Virus record (IMG/VR): IMGVR_UViG_3300037560_000117
Location: 1 to 59,921 of that record
Length of the DNA stretch: 59,921 bases
Source: a virus
Lineage: Duplodnaviria > Caudoviricetes
Strand: one strand, 5' to 3'
Shown here: one piece after another, positions 1-9,565 of the stretch
Numbering within the stretch: the first letter of the stretch is position 1
How the letters are laid out: every line of letters begins with the position of its first letter
Translations under genes and position numbers: made by a program
The notes under the pieces: generated by a model
Seen by the model: only the letters and a program-made list of their open reading frames with translations
Databases searched by the model: none
What the model was told of the DNA's origin: nothing

Positions 1-167
1 GGCCAATACATAATACCACCGGCTTCTAACAGTAGAGAATACATCGGCGTTTTTGTAATGTTGCCACTGTTATCCACACGAAAGATTGTGGCTCTGGGTC
101 CATCACTCATATTACTACAAGCCATAAATATCCCCGCACCAACTTTTATGACCTCTACCCCAATCAC
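1..167. repeat. Terminal direct repeat (circular-assembly overlap), copy 1
   Basis: Identical to 59755-59921 except G63 vs A59817. Confidence 0.97.
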
Positions 168-380
168 CGCCCCCGCATAGTAGTTCCATGAATCTAGCTC
201 AGTTATGGATGTGCCATCGTCTGAGATATCTACGGCACCCACATACGGGTATCCGCTGCTGTCGGTGTATGCGATCACATAGGTGGTACCGGAGTGATGA
301 ATGATGCTGTATGCGTCGGTACTCGTAGATTCTATCTGGGTTTCGGCCAGTTTCGATTTTGTAATGTCTCCGATAATCAT
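1..380 (-). CDS. 5' part of the tail protein that continues at 59921-57459 across the junction (about 891 aa in total)
   Basis: ATG at 380-378 overlaps the upstream TAA; 71 open codons (MIIGDITKSKLAETQ...) run in frame into the GTG at 167/59921. Confidence 0.9.
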   Translation of the reverse strand, partial: MIIGDITKSKLAETQIESTSTDAYSIIHHSGTTYVIAYTDSSGYPYVGAVDISDDGTSITELDSWNYYAGAVIGVEVIKVGAGIFMACSNMSDGPRATIFRVDNSGNITKTPMYSLLLEAGGIMYW

Positions 381-1240
381 TAGTGGTACTTGTCCTTCTT
401 TACGACGGGGATTTCGACCAGATTGAGTGTGAGTCGATTTAATCCCACATCAAGTATCTCTTCTTTGATTTGATCCGTACGAAATTTGCATAGTCGTCGC
501 ACACCATCTGCCTCCACCAATATAAACGGACGATACTGGCCATTGCAAGCAGTGATAACACCTCGTAGAATATCATATTCTGCCTGCGGTGCCGTCCACG
601 TACGAGTAAATACTGTGTGATGATTTATATTATGCCCCGTACGATATACTTTACCGTGTGGGAGTTGTGCGGTTTTATCTGGATATACGATTTGATCGTC
701 GACAGGAAAATTAGAACCGAGATCGATCTGATGAATATTGAACAACCATAGCATACTGACACGTGCATTGTCCGGCGCAAAAAACGGAGTCACCGGTGAC
801 CTTATTGTAAATCTCCAATAACGGGCCGTGCACCGGATCGGTGTTGTACCATCTACGAAGTGACGTAGTTTAAGTTGCATATTCAGGTTTACCAGATCGT
901 TTGGGGTCTGGGTTCCATCGCTGTTAGGTGCTAAGGTTACTCCATCATAATTGGAGCCGTCATTTGATTTTTCTAGTAGAACATCGACCGCGATAATGGC
1001 ACCCCCGAAATCAAGTTCCAGTTCATGATGTACAAAACTGAAACCGTCACATGTGCGAGATTCGCCAAGGTCTACAATGATCGTGTGTTGGTCATCTGAT
1101 CCATCGGCCTCCCACGCGAAATTAGGCTCTAGAGGCGACACGCAGTGTTCAGCAGGGTGCCCTGTGGCCTCACTACTCACACTATCAATAATCACACCCT
1201 CCATTACCTCGTATGTGTATATTTCAGTTAACATCGACAT
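380..1240 (-). CDS. Distal-tail-like protein with discoidin/F5-8-like domain
   Basis: Directly after the tape measure gene; IIVDLG...ARYWRF discoidin-type motifs. Confidence 0.6.
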   Translation of the reverse strand: MSMLTEIYTYEVMEGVIIDSVSSEATGHPAEHCVSPLEPNFAWEADGSDDQHTIIVDLGESRTCDGFSFVHHELELDFGGAIIAVDVLLEKSNDGSNYDGVTLAPNSDGTQTPNDLVNLNMQLKLRHFVDGTTPIRCTARYWRFTIRSPVTPFFAPDNARVSMLWLFNIHQIDLGSNFPVDDQIVYPDKTAQLPHGKVYRTGHNINHHTVFTRTWTAPQAEYDILRGVITACNGQYRPFILVEADGVRRLCKFRTDQIKEEILDVGLNRLTLNLVEIPVVKKDKYH

Positions 1241-3167
1241 CTCGTCCTCCGGTCACTTGTTCTGGTGTGGTAGCCAACAACGTACGACCGTCACTTGCTA
1301 GTTGCTTGATCTTTGGTGCGACGGTACCCTCGATGAACTCGTCGGACATAACATTTCCTGTGATGTATACGTTCATCATCATCATTCCACCGCCACCACC
1401 GCCGCCCTGTGCTACAGGGTCGATGCGGGTGGAAGATCGGGTGATACCAACGGCGAGTTCGGACCCGCCCTGTGCTTCTGCCAATGCTCCACGTGTGAAC
1501 CACTGCATGAAGTCGCGTCCTTGGTTAGCTGCCATGCGATCATTGACAGGTGTGTCGAACATGCCACCCAGCAATTTACCAAGGCCGGGGATAAACGCAG
1601 TCACGACCGCATTGAGTGCGGTCTTTATGAAGAAGATCATAAAGTCCTGTGCGATGCCTTTGAAGATTTCAGCCATGCTGTGTCTGCCAGTTACCATATT
1701 CTCTATCATACTACCCACGGCCCAGCCGATTGAGTTCTTCATGTGATTTGCCATACTATCGATGCCAATTCTCACTTGACTCACATTCGCCAGTGTGGAT
1801 TTCGCTACCATAGCCATCTGTTCGTCCAGTAACTCTGCTATTTCGCCATCATCCTCAATCATAGCGGGAATGTCCACTGTTGGGATGATCGCATCGACTT
1901 TCTCTTGTAGTCCTTGTGCGTTGATCGCTATCGTGCCGACCTGTAGTGCGAAATCAATAACGGCCTGTTCTGAATCGTTGATCGCATCTTTGATGTCTTT
2001 CCAGTCGCCAGTCAGGCCATCCATCGAGGACGAGATGATATCGCCCGCAGCCGACCATGCGTCGAGATTGAACGGATCGGAGAGTGCGGTTGCGAAAGCA
2101 GCAACTGCGGATGCAGCTAAGTCAAGCGGGCCGATGACCATGATCTCCATGACGTTCCACATGACCTGCCCGAAGTTGAATGCTAGCTTCGTGCCAAGCA
2201 CTAATCCAGCTGTGATTTCACCAATAGTCTCGCCAAGGCGCACAGCGTCATCGCCTGTGTCACCTTTAAACGCCACATTTAGGCCCTTGATCATCGTTGT
2301 TAGCTCTTGTGTGAGGATGCCAAGTGATGGTGTGAAACCCTGCCCAATTGTCACCTGTAGATTCTGGATGTGACGATCCATAGACCGGAGTTGCTTAGAT
2401 GCAAAGCCCATGGCTGTATCGTACGCTCCGGCAATAGTCACACCGCCTGCGAATACGAGATTTAGCCTTGCTTGCCTTTTTTCAGCTTCGGTCAATTCGA
2501 CTTGCGTTTTGCCGAGTGTTTTTGCTAGTCTTCGATACTCGGCTTGGAAAGTGCCCTGAATACCGAGACTCTTGAGCATAACCACACGACCCTTAACAAC
2601 CGCATCGATTAGCGTTTGGAACGCCTCCGACGAATTGACTTGGCCAATCGTGGCTGCGTCCTGTGCGATCCTGCCAAGCTTTACCGCATCGGATAGTGCG
2701 ATGTTACCCTGAATAGAACGCAACAGTGCTTGGTTGGTTTCTTTCTGTGCGATGCCGTTTTTCATCAGCTCTTCGCGATAGCCTTTGAGCTGTTCAGTGG
2801 AGTAACCCGCTCTTTGGCCGACGAAGGTTAACACACCGGCTAATTCTTCTACATTAGCTGCAACCATAATCGCATCGCCCAGTGCAGTTATACCTGATGT
2901 GAGTAGGCCGATCACCTTGGTAACAGCCGTGGCTGCTAAATTGCCAATAGCGATACCGTTGGTAAACTTGGAAAAGACGCCGGTCGATTTCTTCGTAGTG
3001 CCAGTGAGTGAGTTGATATCGCGCTCTAGCTTCTTGATTGCCTTTTGCGACTTGACGAGCTTCGGACCGCCCATCGCCGCGAGTGTCTTGTTGAGGTGTG
3101 CGATCTTCTTGGACGCATGTTCCTGTGCCTCGAATACGAGTTGGAACTTCTCCCTACTTGTTGCCAT
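1224..3167 (-). CDS. Tail tape measure protein
   Basis: 647 aa, Ala/Gly/Leu-rich and helical; follows the tail assembly chaperones. Confidence 0.9.
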   Translation of the reverse strand: MATSREKFQLVFEAQEHASKKIAHLNKTLAAMGGPKLVKSQKAIKKLERDINSLTGTTKKSTGVFSKFTNGIAIGNLAATAVTKVIGLLTSGITALGDAIMVAANVEELAGVLTFVGQRAGYSTEQLKGYREELMKNGIAQKETNQALLRSIQGNIALSDAVKLGRIAQDAATIGQVNSSEAFQTLIDAVVKGRVVMLKSLGIQGTFQAEYRRLAKTLGKTQVELTEAEKRQARLNLVFAGGVTIAGAYDTAMGFASKQLRSMDRHIQNLQVTIGQGFTPSLGILTQELTTMIKGLNVAFKGDTGDDAVRLGETIGEITAGLVLGTKLAFNFGQVMWNVMEIMVIGPLDLAASAVAAFATALSDPFNLDAWSAAGDIISSSMDGLTGDWKDIKDAINDSEQAVIDFALQVGTIAINAQGLQEKVDAIIPTVDIPAMIEDDGEIAELLDEQMAMVAKSTLANVSQVRIGIDSMANHMKNSIGWAVGSMIENMVTGRHSMAEIFKGIAQDFMIFFIKTALNAVVTAFIPGLGKLLGGMFDTPVNDRMAANQGRDFMQWFTRGALAEAQGGSELAVGITRSSTRIDPVAQGGGGGGGMMMMNVYITGNVMSDEFIEGTVAPKIKQLASDGRTLLATTPEQVTGGRDVDVN

Positions 3168-3531
3168 ATCTGTTTCGTCCCATCATACGCAACATCGACG
3201 CCTGTTGCTGTTTTGCCTTGTCAGACCGTACCTTATCAATGCGTGCGGTTTCTCTCTCGATTACGGCGCACGCGTCCACCCAGAATGCGGGTAGGTTGTT
3301 GTAGCTTTCGTATGTCTCGTTGGTTGTGCCCTGTATGCGTTGATACAAAAACCACAGCTTCATAGACAGTGGTGTGACCAACGATGGTATACACACACTA
3401 TAGTAGTTCACCAGTGCGCTCCACATCGGGAGATTCGGGTCGCCCGCTTTTATGCGTGCGGCGTCGATTATGCGCTCCCACTGGTCGGGCCGCACGGTGA
3501 TCGGCTTCATGTTCTGGCCAGTGACCGTCAC
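3154..3531 (-). CDS. Tail assembly chaperone, C-terminal -1 frameshift extension (gpGT-like)
   Basis: Lies between chaperone and tape measure; the -1 frame is open from the slippery site at 3645 into this ORF. Confidence 0.8.
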   Translation of the reverse strand: MTVTGQNMKPITVRPDQWERIIDAARIKAGDPNLPMWSALVNYYSVCIPSLVTPLSMKLWFLYQRIQGTTNETYESYNNLPAFWVDACAVIERETARIDKVRSDKAKQQQASMLRMMGRNRYGNK

Positions 3532-3545
3532 ACACCCACTATCAT

Positions 3546-3947
3546 CTAGGTTGTAGAAGCAGGCTCTTTGTCCGGACTTGCATCGTTGTCCACATTCCCC
3601 GCCGATTCCGGAGTAGGCTGCTCCGACGAGGATGGTGAGTTTTTTGCTTCTGTAAGATTCAGACTGCAGTGTGCGATAATCGCCTTCATAACCGCACGTA
3701 GCTGTTCGAAATCCTCAAGTTTCCGTAGCACTTCGACTGGCTTTTGGCCCTCGAAGCCATCGATGCTTACAATCGCATCGCCCAGTAGTGAGAGTAGACG
3801 ATCGAATGCGTTCTTTGGGTCGCCCAGATTGAGTAGGCCGTCGAGCAGCTCGCTCTTTTCGCCGATAGACATGCTGATGATGTTGATGTTGGTATCACAC
3901 GCTACAACGGCATGTGTGCGGTTCTTGTTTACTAGTCTTAGTGGCAT
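3546..3947 (-). CDS. Tail assembly chaperone (gpG-like)
   Basis: After the tail tube gene; AAGGAG RBS; ends EAKNS over A AAA AAC. Confidence 0.8.
   Translation of the reverse strand: MPLRLVNKNRTHAVVACDTNINIISMSIGEKSELLDGLLNLGDPKNAFDRLLSLLGDAIVSIDGFEGQKPVEVLRKLEDFEQLRAVMKAIIAHCSLNLTEAKNSPSSSEQPTPESAGNVDNDASPDKEPASTT
3639..3645 (-). promoter_or_regulatory. Programmed -1 ribosomal frameshift slippery heptamer A AAA AAC
   Basis: GCA AAA AAC in the chaperone frame; the -1 frame reads KLTILVGAAYSG...DDSGCVTVTGQ without a stop. Confidence 0.85.
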
Positions 3948-4006
3948 AGTTTCTCCTTAGAGAATGCCCGCAACCAGTAGCCACGGGCATTTGTGTTTAA
4001 GTTCGA

Positions 4007-5023
4007 TTAAGCGTCGGGCCATCCGCGATCTACGCTGTTGGCAATAACAAGTGTGAAGCACTCGCCCACGGAGCCTGTTGTGTAACTGGACAGCATGCGA
4101 CATGTGATTTCGTTGACTAACAGTCCCTCGGTATCATACTCAAGTGACTCGATCTTTCCAGTCACGGAGATGGTCACTGTGGTTCCAAATGCGACGTCAA
4201 ACTGGATAAGCTCGCCTTCCTTCATGCTAATGAGCGATTGGTCAGCGGTCGCATCCCGTAACATCTTAATTTTGAAGGTGCCAGAGCGATTTTTCATTCC
4301 GTGTTGTTCGAAGCCGTTGGTTGCATCGTGTCCCACTTGCTCGTGGTCGAATGTGCCCTCAACTTCGAATGACGCCAATGACAGGGCGACCGGTGACGAT
4401 AGAGACGCGCCGTGTGTGAGTGTGGCACTTGAAATGCTGTTGAAGTACAGATAGTTTGTGCCATCTCCCGGTGTTGGTGTCCATGTGCCCGATGGTGTCG
4501 CGCTGTCCTCAGTGGTGCCTAACCCGACCCACTCAGTCTCAAACATCATCATCTCGTTTCGCTCGCCTGAAATCTTAAAGCGCGTTGCGATACAGCCTTT
4601 GACCTTTTGCGATGTTCCATCTTCCGGCATGCGCTTCATCCATGTGAGGAAGTGGCCACTGTCCGCACTAAAGTCGGGGTGGTCGACAAAGTAAGTGAAG
4701 GTCTTCTCGTATGTGCCTGCACCTGCCTCTATGACCTTCTGAAAGTGTGCGTAAGCGAACTGGTCGATGTCGGTCAACTCGATAGGTCCATTGACAGGGA
4801 GTTTGGAAGCACTGCCTTGTGTTGAGTGTGATGTGGTCTGTTCGACGGGCTGTCGTGTGCCGTGGTTATGTGGTGTCTCTGCGATCATCACATCTGGGTC
4901 AATATCGAACGGGTCACACGTGACTTCGCTTACCGCAACGCCATCGGCCTCAGCGGTAGCGAATACCGACTGCTCCGCGTACCCGAATCTGGTCTGTCGA
5001 CTCTCGTATGTGTTATCTGGCAT
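4007..5023 (-). CDS. Major tail tube protein
   Basis: 338 aa, acidic and beta-rich; N-terminal FGYAEQSVFATA motif; gene position. Confidence 0.8.
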   Translation of the reverse strand: MPDNTYESRQTRFGYAEQSVFATAEADGVAVSEVTCDPFDIDPDVMIAETPHNHGTRQPVEQTTSHSTQGSASKLPVNGPIELTDIDQFAYAHFQKVIEAGAGTYEKTFTYFVDHPDFSADSGHFLTWMKRMPEDGTSQKVKGCIATRFKISGERNEMMMFETEWVGLGTTEDSATPSGTWTPTPGDGTNYLYFNSISSATLTHGASLSSPVALSLASFEVEGTFDHEQVGHDATNGFEQHGMKNRSGTFKIKMLRDATADQSLISMKEGELIQFDVAFGTTVTISVTGKIESLEYDTEGLLVNEITCRMLSSYTTGSVGECFTLVIANSVDRGWPDA

Positions 5024-5384
5024 CTAGCTCTTCCTTATCTTTGTCGTCGGGAATAACGTCCACGGATGTGACGATTTCCTCGGTTGTGTTGTCTGCGGCG
5101 TCAACGAGTGTGTTTGTAACTTCAGTATCCGCTGTGTCCGCTGTGTTTATGCCATTCACACGTTCTTGTTGGGAGCGTGGCTTTTTCTTTGCGCTTTTAG
5201 CGAATCCGGCACCGATCATCTTCTCTGCGACGGGTGCGGGTAATTCTACGACAAACCCGCCCTGTAGTTCACGTATGTCGATGGGTGCCACACCAAATCG
5301 GCGTGCGAGTCGTTTAACACGGCGTTGATCGGCTTTGCCAGTCTTCACTATGCGCTTGGTTTTCTGTTCGTCAGGTTTGCTCAT
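5013..5384 (-). CDS. Hypothetical virion-module protein
   Basis: Overlaps both neighbours; basic N-terminus, acidic C-terminus. Confidence 0.6.
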   Translation of the reverse strand: MSKPDEQKTKRIVKTGKADQRRVKRLARRFGVAPIDIRELQGGFVVELPAPVAEKMIGAGFAKSAKKKPRSQQERVNGINTADTADTEVTNTLVDAADNTTEEIVTSVDVIPDDKDKEELDAR

Positions 5385-5808
5385 AGAACTCTACCTTATG
5401 TATGTTAACGGTTATTTCGGCCCCCGTTGTCCCACTCGATGTGTGTTCCACATTATATACACTACCCGCCACTTCAAACACACGGAACCCATCCCCCAGC
5501 TCGATGTTCTCTCTGAGCCATCGAATCACGGAATCGGCGATTTGTGAGGCACCATCGGTATCGACAGGGCCTAGGCGGTAGTTCATGTGGACACGCACTG
5601 TAAGTTGTGTGAGCCTGTTATCTTGTAGTTCTTGTTGGTTGATGGCACCTTGATTTTCCATCGGTATGTCGGTTTCAACCTCCACACTGAGTGAGGGCAC
5701 TGCCAAGTCTGCCTTTTCGTGGGTTGGGTACACGGCGGACCACAACGGGTCTACCTTGGCTCGTAGTAATGCCACGATCAGCGAGTGTGCGGTACGTGAT
5801 GCACTCAT
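5371..5808 (-). CDS. Tail terminator/completion-like protein
   Basis: 145 aa, upstream of the tail tube gene; typical size and alpha/beta pattern. Confidence 0.55.
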   Translation of the reverse strand: MSASRTAHSLIVALLRAKVDPLWSAVYPTHEKADLAVPSLSVEVETDIPMENQGAINQQELQDNRLTQLTVRVHMNYRLGPVDTDGASQIADSVIRWLRENIELGDGFRVFEVAGSVYNVEHTSSGTTGAEITVNIHKVEFYEQT

Positions 5809-5809
5809 G

Positions 5810-7924
5810 TTAGAACGCTCCTTTTGCTGCTACGTAGGTTATGGTCATTACGATTCGTGTGGAGCTGAAAGAATCCACGTCAATTAACGCTACTTCTTCT
5901 TGACCTATCACACGTACCTGTAACGCACCGATATCTGTGGCTAGTGTATTGGCATACAGCAGGGTCTCAACAGATGCCAGCATCTCTTCTATGTCGCGTC
6001 CTTTTTTCAATAGGATAAGATCGACGTCCAACTCGTATCTAACGTGCGTGGTATCTTCCACTATCTTTTCTTCGGTACCGGATATCAAACCCGCATAAGG
6101 CGAGTGCTTCCGTGCCGCACTGGGCAACAGTAATACGCGCGTGGCCGTGGTCACTGCCGGTAAACTGCCAATCTGCACCACCAAGGCATCAAGTATCACG
6201 GTCTTCTTATGTAAGATGGCGGTGCTGGTAAGGGTAACATCTATGCCGGTTAGGGTGAACACACCCTCTGCCGCTGAGAGGATATAGCCCTTGTCTAACC
6301 CGACGTCTATGCCAGTAAGAGTGAACACACCCCTGCTTGTTGTGAGTGTGCGTCCTTTCGGTAACCCAACGGGCAGGCCATTTAACGTAAAAGCACCCTC
6401 TATCGCTGTCAATATGCGATCAGCAATCATCGCTGTCGAGATTCCTGTGAGGGCAAAGGCACCCGACGATGCCGTAATAGTGCGATCCCTTGTTATTGTG
6501 GGGTTAACCCCAACAAGGGCAAACACGCCCGTTGATGTGGGTAATTGCCGATCCGCGGTTATAGGTGTACTAACTCCGGAGAGTGTGAATACACCTACCT
6601 CAGCCATCAAGGTAAACGCACCGACTTTTATTAAGTCAACATCGATGCCAGTAAGAGTGAATACGCCCTCTGCCGCCGGTAGCTGTCTGTCTGCGACCAT
6701 GGGTGTGCTAGTGCCAGTAAGAGTGAATACACCCTCCGCCGCTGATAGCTTTCTTGCCGCCACTAAGTTTGCATCAATCCCAGTAAAGGCAAAGGTGCCC
6801 GTGTCTGCTGTGAGCACCTTATCGGCAACCACTATCAAGCCCGCATCGATGCCAGTAAGGGTGAACACACCCTCTTCCGTAGCAACAGTGCGGCCTTTCG
6901 TTATCGTGGGGTTAATTCCACTGAGGGCAAATGCGCCCTTTGCCGCCGTAACTGTGCGACCTTTCGTTATCGTGGGGCTAATTCCAGTTAAGGCGAAGGT
7001 ACCCTCGGAAGCGGGTAGCTTTCTTGCTGTTATTGTGTCCGCATCAATGCCGGTAAGTGAAAACACACCCTCTGAGGCAGGTAACTGCCTAGTTGCAACC
7101 GTGGGTGCACTAATGCCGGTGAATGTGAAGGTACCCTTAGATACGGGCAGTTGTCTTTCTGCCCTTGGGTTCGTATCTATCCCAGTTAGTGTGAAAACTC
7201 CTGTCTCCGCTGTGAGTGTTTTATCCTCGCCTGCTTCGGTCGGTTGTTGTGTATATTCATCAAATCCGAATGCGGTTGCTACAGGAGCGTGATCGGCTTG
7301 AATCGCACCCGTAACTGTCATATCTAAATCGAGCGAATTACCAGCAAGTTCAGGCTCTTGTGCACCATTACCGTATAAGGGATAATAAGCCACTAGATTT
7401 TGTCTACGTATTTTAAGCGGAGATACACCTCGTGCGAGTGCGTTTATCTCTTCGAGGCTGAGTGCGACATTCCAAATTCCCACTTCTGCTACTCGTCCAT
7501 CGAATCTATTCGAATTAGAGCTATTTGCAATCTGTCCAATAGTCGTTTCGTTAACGGATACTGGAGTTATTCCCGGATCGACACTTCCCTTACTTCCACC
7601 ATCAATATAGGCATCGACCGAGGATGAACTAGTCCACACACCGCACGCATGGTGCCATGTATTAGCTGAAAATCCGGTAGTTGTTACGGCATAACGATGA
7701 GAACTAGCGGATGTCCGTGCGCGAACTGGATCACCAGGAGTACCTCCTCTGGCTTCCAGTGAGAAATGATTATTATTGGAACTATTATTGCCGATTGATA
7801 CAAGGGCACCATCATTGTTAATAACATCCGGTCGAAACCAAGCTGCCATCGTAATAGGATAAGTAGATGTCGCATCATTGTTAGCAGTTAGATTATCAGT
7901 TGAGCCATTAAATAGGCGTGCCAT
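5810..7924 (-). CDS. Virion fibre/collar-like protein: LamG domain + 15 x ~23-aa GxFxLTGI repeats + terminator-like C-terminal domain
   Basis: ITMAAWF/WHHACGVW/YIDG/FDGRVAEVGIWNVALS LamG motifs; repeats counted in the translation; C-terminus paralogous to 9158-9565. Confidence 0.75.
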   Translation of the reverse strand: MARLFNGSTDNLTANNDATSTYPITMAAWFRPDVINNDGALVSIGNNSSNNNHFSLEARGGTPGDPVRARTSASSHRYAVTTTGFSANTWHHACGVWTSSSSVDAYIDGGSKGSVDPGITPVSVNETTIGQIANSSNSNRFDGRVAEVGIWNVALSLEEINALARGVSPLKIRRQNLVAYYPLYGNGAQEPELAGNSLDLDMTVTGAIQADHAPVATAFGFDEYTQQPTEAGEDKTLTAETGVFTLTGIDTNPRAERQLPVSKGTFTFTGISAPTVATRQLPASEGVFSLTGIDADTITARKLPASEGTFALTGISPTITKGRTVTAAKGAFALSGINPTITKGRTVATEEGVFTLTGIDAGLIVVADKVLTADTGTFAFTGIDANLVAARKLSAAEGVFTLTGTSTPMVADRQLPAAEGVFTLTGIDVDLIKVGAFTLMAEVGVFTLSGVSTPITADRQLPTSTGVFALVGVNPTITRDRTITASSGAFALTGISTAMIADRILTAIEGAFTLNGLPVGLPKGRTLTTSRGVFTLTGIDVGLDKGYILSAAEGVFTLTGIDVTLTSTAILHKKTVILDALVVQIGSLPAVTTATRVLLLPSAARKHSPYAGLISGTEEKIVEDTTHVRYELDVDLILLKKGRDIEEMLASVETLLYANTLATDIGALQVRVIGQEEVALIDVDSFSSTRIVMTITYVAAKGAF

Positions 7925-7940
7925 TAGCTACCCCCTAGTT

Positions 7941-8447
7941 TTAAGCGTCTGCGTATTCGAACATTAATGCGAACAACAAAGCCGCCGCCGCCATGGTATC
8001 AGAGCCATTGGCTCCATTACGGATAAACTTAAATAATACGGTATCACCTGCGGCAAAGTTCCCAGAAGTCAATGTGATAGTTGGAATTAACCGCTCTAAT
8101 GCGGCACTGGGCGCGGTATCTGTAACCGTTGCTTGTTCATCTTGTCCTGACTGGTCTAGACTTTCTGTGTCATCGCCGCTATGCGCTCGATAATCGAAGT
8201 CCCACACTACATCGCCCGATTCAGCAGTCGATGTCCATATTGGCATTATCTTAGCTGTGCCGACGTAATTTTCCGGCACCGTAAATGAGCCATACAATAC
8301 AAGATCGGTGCCTGAGTCATTAAACACCCACACTGCGGATTTCCACACGTCGTTTGTGGCTTTGATGTCGAAAGGCTCAGGGAATATATCACCGCTCGTA
8401 TCCGGCAAAGTGCCGAATCCAAGTATCGGTATTCTGTGTGTCGCCAT
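7941..8447 (-). CDS. Putative virion structural protein
   Basis: Beta-rich, acidic, within the structural operon. Confidence 0.6.
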   Translation of the reverse strand: MATHRIPILGFGTLPDTSGDIFPEPFDIKATNDVWKSAVWVFNDSGTDLVLYGSFTVPENYVGTAKIMPIWTSTAESGDVVWDFDYRAHSGDDTESLDQSGQDEQATVTDTAPSAALERLIPTITLTSGNFAAGDTVLFKFIRNGANGSDTMAAAALLFALMFEYADA

Positions 8448-8698
8448 TATGCACCGTCCTGTTTAGCTTGTTGTGATATGAATAGTGCGACTAGTTTCTT
8501 CTTTTGCGTCACCGTAAATACCGGCCCACCAGTCGCATTGTTAATTATGATAGAGACATTGCCCTTTTCTGACTCGAACCACTCTTCGAGGGCTTGTATG
8601 GCCGCATCAACAGTGGGCTTGTCCCACGGCACGGACGCTCGACCGCGTGCCATGCCTTGTCTTATTTGTGCTAATTGCTTTGTGGTTAATGCTACCAT
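8447..8698 (-). CDS. Hypothetical protein
   Basis: Tightly packed ORF in the structural operon. Confidence 0.6.
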   Translation of the reverse strand: MVALTTKQLAQIRQGMARGRASVPWDKPTVDAAIQALEEWFESEKGNVSIIINNATGGPVFTVTQKKKLVALFISQQAKQDGA

Positions 8699-8701
8699 GG
8701 C

Positions 8702-9130
8702 TTACTCTATGGTCAACACGCCATTTGCACCGTCGAAGTCGATAGTGAGTGTCTCCGTATCCAACAGAGTGATACTTGAGCCGTAATCGTAATAGCCAAC
8801 TAGCTCTTTACTGACCGCATCATTATTGAGTAACACAACGTATCTGAATGGTCCTATCGATCCACCTGCCGCTGTGATCACTTTGTCTGCGATGTCTAGT
8901 TTGTAAACCCCGCCTGTTTGTGCCGATCCCGTCGCTGTTCCGACTGACACACCGCCTGCGGTGTAGCCGAATTCGGTCGATAAATCAGCCGGTAAGTCTG
9001 TCTCTACCGCATCAGCCGCCCCGTCAGGTGCTGAGTTCATAAGCTGTACGTAGAATTCATCTGTTCCCAGATCGTGCTTTTTCTCGGCTGCGGCTTCCAC
9101 GAACGATTCGAATTTGTTAAAGATTGCCAT
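8702..9130 (-). CDS. Putative virion structural protein (fibre anchor/collar type)
   Basis: GYTAGG, IGPFRYVVL and LVGYYDYG motifs typical of small phage structural proteins; RBS present. Confidence 0.6.
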   Translation of the reverse strand: MAIFNKFESFVEAAAEKKHDLGTDEFYVQLMNSAPDGAADAVETDLPADLSTEFGYTAGGVSVGTATGSAQTGGVYKLDIADKVITAAGGSIGPFRYVVLLNNDAVSKELVGYYDYGSSITLLDTETLTIDFDGANGVLTIE

Positions 9131-9157
9131 GTGAGATTTCCTTTGTATGTGTGTGTA

Positions 9158-9565
9158 CTAGAGCGCACTTTTGCTGCTCACGTAGGTTATAGTTGCCACA
9201 ACGCGTGTGGAGCTGAAAGAATCCGCATCAATTAATGCGACTTCCTCTTGGCCTATTATACTTATTTGCAAGGCTCCGATGGTAACAGCCAAAGAATCGG
9301 TGTGTAGTAGCTGCTTAACGGAATCTAGCATGATTTCTATGTCGCGCCCTTTTTTCAACAGGATAAGATCGACGTCCAACTCAAATCTAACATCGGTGGT
9401 GTCTTCGACGATCATTTCCTTGGGCCCCGCTATTAGCCCGATGTACGGTGCCTTTTTGCGGGCACTGGCGGGGGATAGCAGTATGCGTGTGGCTGTAGCC
9501 ACTGTCAACATGCCCCCCAGTTGTATTGTTAGGGCATCTAAGATGCCAGTTTTAGTGTTGGCCAT
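9158..9565 (-). CDS. Neck/tail-terminator-like protein
   Basis: Likely start MANTK at 9565 (GGAG RBS); paralogue of the C-terminal domain of 5810-7924. Confidence 0.6.
   Translation of the reverse strand: MANTKTGILDALTIQLGGMLTVATATRILLSPASARKKAPYIGLIAGPKEMIVEDTTDVRFELDVDLILLKKGRDIEIMLDSVKQLLHTDSLAVTIGALQISIIGQEEVALIDADSFSSTRVVATITYVSSKSAL

Noticed and set aside
6291-7292. 333-aa plus-strand ORF and other long plus-strand ORFs
   Set aside because: Antisense shadows of repetitive or biased minus-strand genes, with no recognisable motifs
5810-9565. Duplicated ~400-bp segment as a DGR template/variable repeat pair
   Set aside because: No reverse transcriptase in the genome, differences are not adenine-specific, and both copies are coding paralogues
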